A stretch of DNA of 63,575 nt, filler included, from Sphacelaria rigidula (taxonomy: Eukaryota): the NCBI GenBank assembly GCA_964200075.2. It is 11 parts of 11 records of this genome, joined end to end, with 100 filler letters (N's around TTAATTAATTAA, not from the genome) between each part and the next. Parts side by side here need not be neighbours in the genome. Positions count along the whole stretch, not along the records: positions 34,736 to 40,423 come from CAXNAA020025234.1; positions 40,524 to 46,211 come from CAXNAA020025235.1; positions 46,312 to 51,999 come from CAXNAA020025236.1; 8 more parts are not named here. One strand, 5' to 3'. Positions 35,137 through 48,422 of this stretch are shown in pieces; position 1 is the first letter of the stretch, and each line of letters begins with the position of its first letter. The notes under the pieces are model-generated. The model searched no databases, was not told the origin of the DNA, and worked only from the letters and a program-made list of their open reading frames with translations. The position numbers were made by a program, and so were the translations under genes.

Positions 35137-36685
35137 GGACACGATCGTGGGTGACGCAGACGAGCCGTTAGAGAGAATATAGAACTCGGGTGCCGCGGTG
35201 CTCGTCGAGGGTACTAATACGAATACAGAAGCGGAACACGCACCCACACAACACACTGCCCGCACAGCAACCTCTGGGATAGAGGAGGTTCCGGGAAGGG
35301 GGGCATGCCTGGCGCTATTGGTTGAAACATACGGACAGCACCGTATCTCCTTAGTGGAGCAACGGGCGGTGAAGATACGCCGAAAGGATGCAATGGATGC
35401 ACTGGAATACCACGGTCAGCGTTCGGGAGCGAGGATAGTATCATCCAGCATGTTACAGTCGACAAATTCACGCTAGAGTACATACAGTTCATTGTTGAAG
35501 GGCATACCGGGGGGCACTATACCACCTCCATCCGCAAATGGCAGGCTGTGGCCTTCGGGGATGTAATGCGCTCATTAATTATAAAAACTCGACCACACCG
35601 CACACATGCAGCATGTGCAACTAACCTGCCGGCTCTTGAGCTCCCCACATTGGGATGGGCAAACTCGGCGATGACTTCTCCAAGCGTTTGATACCTTTCT
35701 GGGCCACAGCCTGTGTCGCGCGACAGAAGCAGAGGAGTAAGAAGCAAGCAGAAAGAGTAACATCGATTAATCCAAGATCTTGCTTTTGTTTTTGCCAGAG
35801 CGTATCGATGGGCGTGACACGGTTGGGAGCCGGCAATAACAAAAGCAGCAGCAACAACTAAGGACAACAGCAGCGACCATCGCAATATACGTTACGGGGG
35901 TTCTGCAGTCCGGTCCGGATCGGTGCGGTGCAGCCGGTGCAGAGCGATAGATCGGCGGTGCAGCCGAGAGAAGTCGACGGTGCCTCTGTTCTCACGAGAT
36001 TGACGGAGTAAAATAGGCAGAGAGAACAAGGTGAAAGTATGATTTTTCTCAGTCAGTGTTTCTCCCGCCGTAGCTCGAGACAGGGCTGGCACCACGTCTC
36101 GAGAGTGCGCTGTTACACGGTGGAGTTGGCTTTGTATGTTTTTGGTCTCTGCTGCTGTAACATAATATGACGCGACGCGGGTACCATGGCCACGAAGCGC
36201 GCCGTTCACGGGAGATGCGGAAGTTGAGGACCGGGGCAGGGGTGAGGAGGAATCGAAGGGACAAGGGGTGGGGTTAGAGGGCAGGGTGACATTTGTTGGA
36301 AGAGTCGATATTGTATGATGCTGCGGTTGGGGTTAAGGAAGGAGGTCAAGGGAGTCCACTGATGGTTGTGATGGATGAGAAGCGTTGGTTCTTCGCGACA
36401 CGGTTTCCGTTCCCGTGTTCGTTGCTGGTTGCTTGTCGCGAGGCTATGTCATCCTTGGATATGCGTCGTGGCCTTGTGATGTCAAGAGGCGACCCCGCCA
36501 CAGCTCGTCGCGAGTTTGTGCCCGACTTGCATTTTTCTTGATGTGTTGTGATGTCGGGAGGCCACCCCAAAACGATGTGAAATCGTATGGCACGTGAAAT
36601 CAAACGGAACGTATATATATATACGTCACCGCCATATGCGGTGGCATCCGCGCGCTGCTTCGGCTTCGGGGACGAAGCAAGACTT

Positions 36686-37081
36686 CAAGGGTAGGTCGAG
36701 TAGAGTATACTCAATACTCAGTGTTTTTGAAGAGACATGCTTCAAGTACTCGAGATTTTAGTAGAGTATTTGAGGTCGCACTCAAACTACTCAATTATTC
36801 GAGAAGAGTATTTGAAATCATACTCAGTCTACTCGAAATTTGAGTAGAGTATTGAGGTCATACTCAAGAGATACTCTCTACTCAAGTATCACTGAGAGTG
36901 CTTACTCAATATTTGAGTAGAGTATTTGAGACGATACTCGATCTACTCAATATTTGAGTAGGGTATATGAGACCATACTCAACCTACTCAAAATTTGAGT
37001 AGAGTATTGAGACCATACTCAAGTGATACTCTATACTCGAGTATTTTTAAGAGGGCTTGCTCAAAATTTGAGTAGAGTATT
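36686..37081. mobile_element. GAGTA/TACTC TIR element, copy 3 (left end intact, right end missing)
   Basis: Begins CAAGGGTAGGTCGAGTAGAGTATACTCAATACTCAG and is collinear with 694-1090. Confidence 0.8.
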
Positions 37082-38077
37082 TATCATTGACACCCTATTT
37101 GCACTACTATGATATGTTGTGCACAAAAATCGGCGCCACGTGATACAACAGTAGTAACATAATATACGAGCTGGGCCAGCCTAGAAACCGATTTCAGCTC
37201 TCAAAGCAATATCTCATCGACACAGACGAGTTGGTATATTATTCACATATTGTATTAACCGTCTAATCAAGGGGATGGTGCCCATCTGCTCAAAACCCTG
37301 GGTCAATATTTTCTCGTTGATTATACCCCACGTATTGTAATTCCTTTACCTAACGGAGATGGCGTCTATACTAAAATCTATATGAAACCCCGATCGACGC
37401 ATTCAGCGGATGACGACGATTTTTGGTGTGGACATTCCCTGGAGCACGGGGAGACGATGGATACCCTCACCTTCACCTACTTCGTTACCTATCTCGAGAT
37501 ATGGCGCACGTAATTTTCCATACTGAAATCAGTATATTACGAGCAGAGGCACTAGATGAACTGAATGTGGATATCGCGTCTGCGACGTCTCAGTTTTTGA
37601 GAGTTATGCTATGAAATTTCGTGTAGGGAACCGCTAGTGCACAATGAAGCTAGAAAAAAAAACATACGTTCTTCATTTTTTTCGGGTTTTTAGGGCCATT
37701 TTGAGGAGAGATGAAAACTGCTCTTGGGTCTCATCTCAATTCTTGAGCCCAATTTTTAGAACCGTGATTTGAAACTCAGCATGGAGAACCACAGAGGCAG
37801 GCTGAATAGACTTTTAAATGGCCTTGATTTATTTATTTGGGGGTGGGGGGAGAGGCTCGGACGTTCTCGTGGAAAAATGGTCTGTACCGTACTAAAAATG
37901 CCCTGAGCCATTGAAAGAAATGAAGAAATATCAACGTGACACTTTGGGGGGGGGGGTTCATTACGCCCTCGCGAGGTCCCACACAAAACTTCACTGTTCA
38001 ATACACAAACACCAAACGTGGGCCGGTAAGTGGTCTGCAAAATACTGTTCCGATTGTCTACCAACCCTGCCGCTAAA

Positions 38078-38346
38078 CGGTCCATTCGTCGGCCACTATT
38101 TAGAGTTGGACCCTATAATTTGGTATCGACAACGAGAAGGGCATAATGAAATAAACCACCACTACTACGAGTACTGTGCACAAGGTTTTTTCTAAGGCAG
38201 TAATCAGTTTTCAGGTATCACTAAAATGCCCTTAATTCATGGGGGGGGGAAGTTGTGTGCAGTGTTTTTTTTTCATGCCCTATTCATTGTCCATACCTAA
38301 TTCTAGGGTCCAAAACTCTAAATAATCATGGCCGACAAATGGGCCT
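38078..38346. repeat. Fold-back repeat with ~90-bp imperfect arms
   Basis: CCATTCGTCGGCCACTATTTTAGAGTTGGACCCTATAATT.. versus ..AATTCTAGGGTCCAAAACTCTAAATAATCATGGCCGACAAATGG. Confidence 0.7.
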
Positions 38347-39464
38347 GCAAACTATAAATTTGCTTCTGTCAGCATGATGAGCATTCAGTCCTTTGTCATC
38401 ATCCTTGTACTCGTACTTGTTGTCCTATTTTTTGTGTTCACGTACACGATAATAGTCGCGGACCCTTTTCCCAACGATATCGTGCACGTTGTGTCGTTAT
38501 TTGACTCAGCTGTACAACAACTGTGGGGGCCAAGCGTATGACGACATCGCCAAGGGTGTGTCATACCCTTTCCGATGTTGTCATTTACCCTTTGTGTGTC
38601 GACAGATTTCAAATTTCGCCTGAGGCTGTTTTCGACAGACCTGGAGTTGATCGACGGGAACCGACAGTGATATGATCAACTGTGACGCCGAATGCCTGAT
38701 TGCCTCTTGTTGTTGTGGTTTGCGCGTTTGCAGGCAGCTGATTGGCAGGGTGTGAACCAGAGACTCAGAGCCTCTGTGCCCTTTTCAACAGTGAATATCC
38801 CTTGCACACAAACCTCTCAATTACCTGTTGCACTAAACGGGGTAATCGCTGCACTATTCACTGACGGTGGCGGGCTGAATGTGGAAAGTTAAAGTTGCAT
38901 CAACCACGCTGCGCTAGGACTACAACAGACTACAACAGAGTACCCGACAGGAGGCATTTGCTCCCCACCGCAAAGCGATACGAGCAACTGATCTACAATT
39001 GCGGCATGATGCCGGCTGTAAAACTTGCCACGAGTGGAGAATTAGCCGTCCAAGGAGCGCATCCTATGGTCAACCCTGAGGGCAATGCAGCCGAGGCGCC
39101 GAGAGCAGTAGCAGCAAGTCCGGGAGCTGATGAGTTCGGTGGATCGGAGGATCATTCCAACAGCGAGGCAGCTATTGACGAAATCGGTCAAGAGGACGGG
39201 ACGGATAGCACATGTAGGTTTTGTACAAAGTGTAGTGAATGAAGTGCATGTACTGCACTGTACTGTTGTACCGCACTATACCGCACTGGGTAGGTGGCGG
39301 CTTTGTGGCCACCGTTGGTTGTCCGGTGTGCGACGTTATATTATTTACTCACAACTGGTTCACTCCACTACTTGTTGACCCATCACTGTGCTGTGCGCGA
39401 GTGCCGACTATCGTTGGAGCTCGGACGTGTGGTGCATGTTTTGAAAAATCCAGTATTCGCCAAA

Positions 39465-40040
39465 AGAAAAGTCGGAACAGAATTTGACATATTTTCGCCC
39501 CAATACGCACGCACACCCTGCGCAACCCCAGATCCAGTAAGATTAAGTTGTTGTCTGTTGTCTACATGACATGTGGTCGAAGTTTCAGCTCGTAAAAGCA
39601 CTGACAGCGCTTGCACGGCCGTGCCTCTTGAAGTGAGCACCTCTACAGGCGATACCAAGATAGGTACCGCATAGAGTGACATTTTCCAGAGTGTGCCCAA
39701 TACGGATCGATGTGTGTTGTCGGGGCAGGAGCCACCCAGCAGGTCATGGTGTGGAAGTGAGCGCATCTGCGTATCAACATATGCATCCACTGACGTCTCA
39801 CGCGGTGTGGGCCGAGGAGACTCCGTTTTCAGGGTGTATCGATGGCATTGCCCGAAATTCGTATTCTCTTCGTGCGTCTCGCGCACCACGTGAAACGTGT
39901 CGCCGATCCGGGAATATGCTGTCTGTGTTGTGGTTTACCTCTGTGCCAAGTTTTAGCCTCGTTCTTTCAGACACGGCGGAGAAATCCACAAGCAAAGTAA
40001 CGCTTGACTTATACTGAAAACAGTCTTGAGCCGTCGAAAA
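39465..40040. repeat. ~550-bp dispersed repeat family
   Basis: Same sequence at 49206-49665 (same orientation) and 58560-58955 (inverted), e.g. CGTAAAAGCACTGACAGCGCT...GGCATTGCCC.AA.TCCGTA. No reading frame is conserved across copies. Confidence 0.85.
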
Positions 40041-41174
40041 AAAAATGAGGTGCGTATGATTCTTGTATGCGGGCATCTTGGCATTTCAGTTGCATTTTTT
40101 TTTTTGCGTAATACTGAATCAGCTCTGTGTGCTTGCCGCTTGGAAAACCTTACCCTTTTGCCTTGTTTGCAGCAGCGGTAACAGAGAGAGCTGCAGTAAG
40201 GCAGGCCTTAGTCACAGTTACCACTCAAGCGGGCTAGCACCCTTTTGTAGGCCATGAATGTAGCAATTGCCAATTGTTGCTACCCTTGAGCAAGCACGTA
40301 CCGGGACAAAAGCGGCAATGAAGGCGGGGGGGAGGAGGGGGGGGGGGGGGGGGGGGGTTTAATTTTGTGTGGGGGCTGTGGGGTGGGGAGGGAAAGCGCC
40401 ACCCCTTCTGGGGAGGCGGAAGGNNNNNNNNNNNNNNNNNNNNNNNNNNNNNNNNNNNNNNNNNNNNTTAATTAATTAANNNNNNNNNNNNNNNNNNNNN
40501 NNNNNNNNNNNNNNNNNNNNNNNGGGGGGGTCGCTCCCCTATCCGCTGTTCTCCTGCCCTTTTTGTGACACCCTGAGCTGTTCCCTCCCTACTGAACACC
40601 GCCCCCCCCCCCCCCCCCCCCCGTTCGTTGTAAGTCAATCACTCATCATAGAGCCGCCGTCGTCGATACAACAGCGGTAGCTCGGGAGGAATCCGGGATG
40701 TAGATGGTCGATAGAGTGTCCAGGTTTGTACTTTACCAGGGATGATAATGGGGAAAGCTCCGGTGACACGGTAACTGGTGTACTTTTGTCTTCTCTTGTA
40801 ATCGGCTGTTTCCTTTTTTTTGGTCTGTGGCCTTGAAATATTCCCTGTTTGTTGTGTTTTTGTACATGCTCTCATGTCTGGGGGCTCATCACTTTCATAC
40901 TGTAGTTCCCTCCTCCTCCGTTATCATTTTTTCTCTTCATTCTTTCTCCCTCTCTTTCTCCCTGCTGCTTTCCTCTCAGTGTTATACAGGTAGCAGTGCG
41001 GTGCCTTGCTTCCACGGTGCTCATGGGTGACAACTCATGCCCAAGCAGTATGACCGAAATAGCTGAGTCGTAATCTGCTCCCACGGCCTTGTTGCTTTCC
41101 GCGTGTATGGATGCATGTGCTACTTGCATATGGCCTTCTTCACATGAAGCCATACTGCACAGGCCAGCTGCTTC

Positions 41175-41383
41175 TACTTTTTTTTTCGCTGGTTTATATT
41201 CGTGTGTGTACATAAATTCTCGCTCTTCTCCGTTCCTTTCGTTTCCTCTCCGTTACCTGCTCGTCTTTGTTTCTGTTTTCTGTTTTGTCTAATCTCGTTT
41301 TGTTTTCCTTGGGTACATCTCATGTTGTGACCACGGCTGGGCCCCTCAGGGATCACCTAATGTAGTGCAAGCAATGAAACAAT
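41175..41383 (+). mobile_element. 5'-truncated RTE LINE 3' UTR
   Basis: T-rich stretch ending GTTTTCCTTGGG.AC.TCT..ACCACGGCTGGGCCCC..AGGGA, matching the RTE terminus at 28485-28550. Confidence 0.7.
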
Positions 41384-41478
41384 GCCTCCTAGTTTACACT
41401 TCCACGATCGGGCAAACAGTATATTTTCTCAAAATATAGTGCAAGATGGAGATTCAGTAAGAGCGAAGTGTCTCTCAC

Positions 41479-44400
41479 ATCGTCGTTGCTGTTGCTGAAG
41501 AAGCGGAACTTTCTCGGACGTCTGACCGTCACGGTGGATTCCTCCTCGATGGCCATGGCCCCGCCCGTGATTGCAGCGGTGTTACTCTCTATCTTTACCC
41601 ACCCGCCGCGGAATCTACGAAAAGCGATGGGGGAAGAGAAGCATCAGTCAGACAAACAAATATTGAGTCGCGAGGATAATAGGCGTTTGAGCGTTTTTGG
41701 GAGGGGATGATGGTTAAGATACGTGTTTACATGCAGAGGCATCGACGACACACACGAGACCACCCTCTCCGTCACCACCAGGTGGGCAGGCAGGTGCGAA
41801 AGGTCCCTTCATGTTGTATATCAAAACCAAAAATTAAAAGTCGTTGGAGTTCTCATAGACAAGTGTCCCGAAAGGTATACGAAGGGGACGTTCGACTCGA
41901 GTCGTGCAGGGTGTTTCATAGGCTCGACAACCCAAGGTATGCCGTGCTCTCCCTCAAGTCGGGAGAGACTAATAATATGGGTGCGTTTTTCCTACCTCCC
42001 GACGTCAGTGCAATGCAGTAAAGGGGAGGGGACCCGAACAATTCAGACGTACGATTTCTATGCATTGACCCCACAACAAAGATGGTGGTGTGCATGTACT
42101 TCTCTGTGCTTCCCACAGGAAGATGAAGAGGTACACGAGAAAACGACGAATGGGCAATTCCGCGATAGCTCTCCCTCCAAAACAGTCCCAAAACTGTCTC
42201 GAGTAGAATGACCAAATAGCGCATAATAGCTAGTTTCAGATTGCATGAATTGCCTCAGATGGGCGAGATGAGCGAAAACGATCACAACCGTGCGATCTCC
42301 CATCTACTCGGTTTGCTGGGCTTTTGCTATTTTGACTTACATTTAGATTTTGTCCTCTCAAAAAGTCACTTTTTTCAGCGAGGCTATCGGGGCATCGGTC
42401 GGACGTGTAACGTACATGTGTAGTCAATTCATTTTTGTGAAAGCTACACTACTGCAGTCCTACACAGTACATACTGTGCACGCGTAAAGAAATCACGAAA
42501 TGCCCACCTCACAACACCGCCGTCGTCAACCGCCAGCCCGCCACCGTTGCCCTCGCGGGCTTCATTGCCCCGCATCTGGACGGCCCCGCCGAACCTAGTA
42601 CACGGAAAAAGTTGCGTCAGGGTGGCGGAGACGCAGCGACGGGGGGGGGTTAGCACAGTAACAATCACTTCAACCAGAAAGGTCCTCGTGTGCGATAGTC
42701 GCGGCACTTCTATCAGCAGGAATGACGTTGATTTTGGCTCCAACATCTCCGAAAGGGTCATGGACAATAATGTCAGTTATTGGCCAAAGAATAGCAGCCA
42801 ATCAGTTTTCATGAATCGATTTACTTTTGGTCGAAAACAATAACTGCGTGCCACTTTCCCCTTACATGTGTGTAGGGTCCTCGAATCATCACCGAGAATT
42901 CGGAGAATACAAAAGTTGAAATCTCCGTAGGAACGCGGTTCGCGGCATATATCGGGGTCGCCGCACATATCGGGATCATGGCACAGGGGTGTATTAATAA
43001 AGCTAGAACCACGTTATTCAACTCGATTATCGTCCATGTATCGATGCCCTCGCGCAGAGGTGTGATGAATCCTGGCAAACTCCGATCTCGGGCGCGGGTA
43101 TGAGTACTGCGAGTGGTTCCAGGGCACCTGTTACGGGGCAACGGTCGCAGTGCTAACGTATCGTGGTTTTTCATCGTGAGCTCCACTGCCGTGCTGGTGG
43201 CATCGTGAGGGACAGCACATAGACACGGGTTAACACACTCAAAGAACAACCTTGTATCGCCACTGTCGTTTTATTCAGTATCGCACATGTCGGAGTCATC
43301 GCACAGGAATATGCGGAAAGTAGCAGAATCGAATGGTTCATCTCGATTACCACACCGGTGTCGGGGCCGTTATACCTACCGGGGTCATCGCCCAGACGTC
43401 CGAACGAGTTCAGAGCGACACAATTAGAAGACGATCGCACAGGAGTCCCAAGACCCGCATTCCTACGGCATCAACGAGTTCCTTGTGAGTTTGAGAGCTT
43501 AGCTCACGGCTGAGAGTCAGCTTGATGTCGGAAAGTGGTTGCTTTCGTGTGTTTCACAATGTCCGTGAGGTACTGACTCATCGCGATTCCAAAGTATCGT
43601 ATGTTGGCTTATATTTTCTCTCGGAATGTACATTCAACGGCTAACTGCATGGTCGGAGTCCTTAGCCTGAGTCTGCCAGGATTGGGAACCAAGGTAGCGC
43701 AGTGCGACGTTTTCAAGTGAACATGATGCAGGTTCCACAGAGGGCTTGAAAGCTGACTCTCAATGTAATCGTATACCACCAATCTCACGCAAACTTATTT
43801 GTCCCTGTTTGCAAAGCTGCCCTTGCATACTGAGCAGTATTGGAAAACATCCCAACGAAAACTGCAACTCGCACCGGATCCGCGAAAATTCGGGAGAAAT
43901 AGTGTGTGTGTGTGTTGCGTGCGAGTTTTGCTGTTCGGCGACTCACGTGAGGGTTCCGCCGCTGCTGAGCATCGCGCCACCGTTGCCGTTTAGACAGGTA
44001 TTGTCGAAGAAATGCGCCTTCTTAGAGAACCTGGAGAATAGTAGCAAGGGAGCAGAAGCATGTCGTCCAAGAAGATTCAGATTAAATCCGACCAGCTGCG
44101 GAAGCGCTCATCGAATGCGCGATAATAAAAAAAAGTTCACGCTACGCACCACACCGCGGAACAGATGGATTGATACCTAAAGATAAGGAACTTGTCCCGA
44201 GGAACGGAGCTTACCTATTTGTTGCTGGAATCAGGCATTTGACCGGTGACCATATGCGTCCCTTTCGGGACGCGGAGCACTGTTCTCACTCCTATAAGAC
44301 ACGATGTTTCCCCCGCTTTTTTTGTTTCTTTTTCCACTCCTCTTTTATAGCAAGTGTTTCCATTGTTTTATCTTGTTTACGTCCCTCTCGTCCCTCTCGT

Positions 44401-44539
44401 GACCGCGGCAGAGGGCTGGGTCTGTCGGGAATCGGCTCACGTGTGCGACGATCAATCAGTCAAATCCCACATCCCGCCGAATCACCGCTACAGCAGCAGT
44501 GACGACGACGACGACACCACCAAGAAGAAGAAGAAGAAG

Positions 44540-44577
<38 letters not shown>

Positions 44578-44682
44578 CTCTCGAATAATTACTTCCGTAC
44601 TTACGTCATCTCTCCCGTGTTGTAGGCTCCACCACCGTCCTCGTCGCAAGAGTTGTCGGAAAAGACAGCGTTTCCCTCGAAG
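41479..44682 (-). CDS. Partial multi-exon gene: POMP/adhesin-like parallel beta-helix repeat protein (GGA / FxxN motifs)
   Basis: Phase-compatible minus-strand exons: 44682-44605 (FEGNAVFSDNSCDEDGGGAYNTGEMT), 42594-42508 (FGGAVQMRGNEAREGNGGGLAVDDGGVVR), 41614-41479 (FRGGWVKIESNTAAITGGAMAIEEESTVTVRRPRKFRFFSNSNDD). All sites are YAG/GT and the introns are phase 2. Confidence 0.8.
44501..44578. repeat. Compound microsatellite (GAC)n(AAG)n(AAC)n
   Basis: Seen directly. Lies in an intron of the POMP-like gene. Confidence 0.9.
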
Positions 44683-46479
44683 CTGAGGGATGACGTTTCC
44701 GAAGTGTGGAGGCAACGCACGAAAAATCGACATCAGGAACACGTTATTGCTGTATCAGGGGGCAACGATGTGTCGGCAAATAGTGAATGTTGCAGCATCA
44801 GTGGTTGACGAAGGCAGCTCACCATACTGTTTCGATGAATTGATAACCCGCTAAAGCAGTGGTAGGCGCGAAAGGAAGAAGTGAGCTTGCAAATTTAGCC
44901 GCGAGTCAGGTATTCCATATTTTCGTGGTATATACTTGTATCCATCTCAACACGCATACACTCGTACACACAGCACAACAAATAAGCAACAGGTGGGAAA
45001 TTCCGATTATCATCCTATCGTACGTGTACTTACGATCATAATGTTAACACCTGTGTAGTCCTCTCCACCGGCGGAATATGCATACAAATATACAAATTTC
45101 GAAGTCGTCAGTTTTGAAAAACCTGGAACGAGCACTTATCAAGGGCTGACTCACTTACTTGGCATCTGCAAGCTAGCCTTTGATCACACTTTCGAACCCA
45201 TCACTATTCGGTGGCAACTGATATCCTTCTGATGTATATTCCCGGCGGCATACGCCATGCGTTCGAGGAAGGTATCGCGTGCGAGTCAGGCGATACTCGG
45301 GGCACATATTGCCGATGAAAAGCAAGCAAGAGCTAAGTCAAGTGGCAGCATAGCCACTGTAATGTAGAGATCGACTGGGTATTATATACGGCGGCATTAC
45401 AGGTGGACTACCAATCCGCGTACACAGCACAACAATCCAGAATACGATTAAGATGAGCCGCAGCGCCTATCCAACGGAATCGGAAACCCTTGCAGAGTGA
45501 TTGTGCTGTTTTACTTATATATACTGCATCTGCCGCGACTACCCAGTTGTATTGAGACTATAGCCAAACCTAATAACAGTGTGTAGGTGAACGGCAAAGC
45601 ATCGGGGTCTACAAAAAAAGGAAACCATCGGATGTTTGTTGTTATTATCACTATTATCATCACCATTATATATTGTTATCATACTGTATGTTGCATATTG
45701 TTGTGGGAACCACCACATGGGAGGGACAAATTTCACATTGGCGACACCATGAGATAGCTCGTACGCTTGACGAACAGAACGTCCAGGATTCAAATCCTGG
45801 ATCCCAGCAAAATGGCGGGAGCCAAAAAATGGGGGATACCCTATAAAGTTGAGTTAAGAACTCACGGAAAATCTCCTGCGGCGATTGTTAGTTGGGTGAC
45901 CCGACACACGTAGAAGATGTGTGACCTAAAAGGCAAAATTCCAACTGCTAGCCGCGGCATAAAAGGTTACTCCTACAAAGTCTCCAAGAGGTTCATGAAA
46001 GGGGGGTTAATGTGAAAACCACCACATAGAAGGGACAAATTCTTACAAGTGTCTGTCAAGGGAACACATTTGATCATTGACCACGCATCCCTTTCGAGAA
46101 GGAGCAGGAGGGAGGGGGGGGGGGGAGGGTGTACTCACGATCATGCATGCCATGGTCATAAGACCATTGACCTCGCATCCCTACAAAGTCGAGACGGAGC
46201 ACGCCGGGTTTNNNNNNNNNNNNNNNNNNNNNNNNNNNNNNNNNNNNNNNNNNNNTTAATTAATTAANNNNNNNNNNNNNNNNNNNNNNNNNNNNNNNNN
46301 NNNNNNNNNNNTGAGTGAGAACCCTCCCTCCCCCCCCCCCTCCCACCATCGCCGCCCTGCCTACCCAAACAACAAATACTTACCCCCCCCCCCCCCCCCC
46401 TCCCGCCATGCCTTCCCCGCTCGCCCCCCGATGCATGATTTGTTGCTCGTTTTGCGTGAATTGCCCCGGTCGAGAGCAG

Positions 46480-47021
46480 AGACCACATGTCGTTATCGGT
46501 GATGTACTGCGATCAGGGAGAGCAAACGTGCGTGGCGGTGGCCGTGCCGATTCAGTTCCCCTACCACTGCGATGATGGTAAGCTTCCTCTGGCGCTGGCG
46601 CATCTGTTCTTGAACCCCCTTTGGGTACGTACGCACTAATTGTTCCGAATATATTTTAGCTGCTGCCACTCACGCGACTTGAGGGAACAGGTGGCGAAAA
46701 CGCGGGTTCGCATGTTTGATGGCGGATATTGATAAATGCCAGTTGGATGTCGGGCTGACAGGATTTCCAATAAATAACGTTTGTTCTAGCCTGTGAGCTG
46801 CAGTGGTGGCAGCCTTGCGTCATACCGGAAGGAGCAGGTGTCATGGTCCGTTCCTCGGGCGTCCTTCTGTTGTTCACGCCACCGGCTCATTTCCAGGACG
46901 ATGGCTTCACGTGCCGGACCATAATCCCCAACAACGGTTGCTATTAACACTGTTTTTGGTGACATGGTCACCGCAAATCTCTCTGGAGCTTGCTTTTCTC
47001 GGCTACAAATGAGTCTGCGAC

Positions 47022-47054
<33 letters not shown>

Positions 47055-48422
47055 CCCCCCCCCCCCCACGAGCACACACACAAAAAAACCGGCGCCCCCC
47101 AAACGGTGTGGGATTTTGCTCGTGAAAAGTATCGCGCGCTGCAAGGTCTCCGTGCCAGACCTAGAGCTTTAATAAAAGTTGACCGTGTTCGAATATTCGT
47201 TAACGTTTGACTGCCGTATTGCCGGCATCATGATCGTGGGAGTATGAGACGAAAGCAGTTATATATACATCGCGAACGCGTACGTGCTCAACAGGTCTCC
47301 GGTCATCCTGATCCAGGCCAGGGCACGAGGACTCCAATATCCCTGGTCTTGTCAGTAGCGTTCCGTGGGCAAGTTACTGGTCGTCAGCATGCCGATGCTA
47401 CTGTTTACCTCGTCATCATATGCGGCTTAGAGAATCTTCTGATTCCTGGAGGGTTCAACAGGTCGACCTTCAGGTCGTATTTGCACGTTCGTATCACCAC
47501 GCTAGAGCATTAGTCCGTTATGATTTTGTCGATGGTATATAATTGTGGCATGATCCTTGTACGGGGCTGTACGTGACATGTTCAGCGGTATGGCAGGTGA
47601 GAAGCTCCCCCCTGCTATATCTTTCGAACCGCGACGTCTTCCATGGCATCCCGCACCGCCTTTTGGTCAAGGTCGCATCTTCACACAAACCGTTTTGTCT
47701 TCTCCCTAGCGGCTATTTGATGAGTGTCTCGTCGCGACGCACCTTGAATGTTTCTTGGGCTTTTGGCAGAGGACTGCATTATCCACGCGATTCAAGACTT
47801 GGAGAAGATGGAGGACTTCGAGGTTGACGGCGAGGTTAAGCTACCCCCGGTGGGTGCCGTCAAGATCGTGAACGGCGTCAGCGGACGACCATTTGTTTTA
47901 ACGGAATTTACCCCTCCCCCTCCCTCGAGGTTATACAAGCAGGAACGGGACGTGTTTTAGGGGGAAATGTGGGAAGCAAACGAAGGTGGCATGCAATATT
48001 TTGGTTCATTAGCAAGAAAGCGATGGCTATACTTGGGGGTAGATGTTGACCACAGACGACGCAACAGGAAGGGGGGTGAGACATGTAGCAAGTCTTATCT
48101 AATGTGTTGATGACACGTGATCAGCGCCCAAATGCTGGAGGTCTCTCTACGAGGAGTGGGAACGGTGCTCCGTCTCGAAAGGGATGCGTGGTCAATGGTC
48201 AAAGGACTCTTCTAAGGCATGTCGGCTCCTGTAGTGAAACCAGTATTTTGCATTTTGCTTCTGCCGCTCACGTGTGGCGTCGCGCACTTCTCTGATTGCC
48301 GCCGCCCTCGCCGCCCCGTCCTCCCCTGTCGCCTCTGACGGACCGTCGAGCAGAGGAAAATCTCGCCGGAGTTGATGGATACTATTGCTCGGATCACTGT
48401 CGTCATGAACAGAGACTTCCAG
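46480..48422 (+). CDS. Partial multi-exon gene, uncharacterised protein (possibly DUF2470-like domains)
   Basis: Phase-compatible exons: 46480-46577 (DHMSLSVMYCDQGEQTCVAVAVPIQFPYHCDD, donor GTAAGC), 47770-47849 (EDCIIHAIQDLEKMEDFEVDGEVKLPP, donor GTGGGT), 48354-48422 (RKISPELMDTIARITVVMNRDFQ, donor GTGAGC). The domain call is from recalled resemblance only. Confidence 0.7.
47935..48205 (+). mobile_element. LINE 3' fragment (same family as 52168-53150), intronic
   Basis: GGAACGGGACGTGTT..AGGGGAAATGTGGGAAG...GGAACGGTGCTCCGTCTCG.AGGGATGC.TGGTCAATGG matches the reverse complement of 52355-52625. Confidence 0.75.

Noticed and set aside
35517..35885. 122-aa ORF with signal-peptide-like N-terminus
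   Set aside because: It starts at TTG, and the hydrophobic stretch comes from (GCT/GTT)n low-complexity sequence. At most a small exon (~35710-35626) is possible, and its frame cannot be determined.
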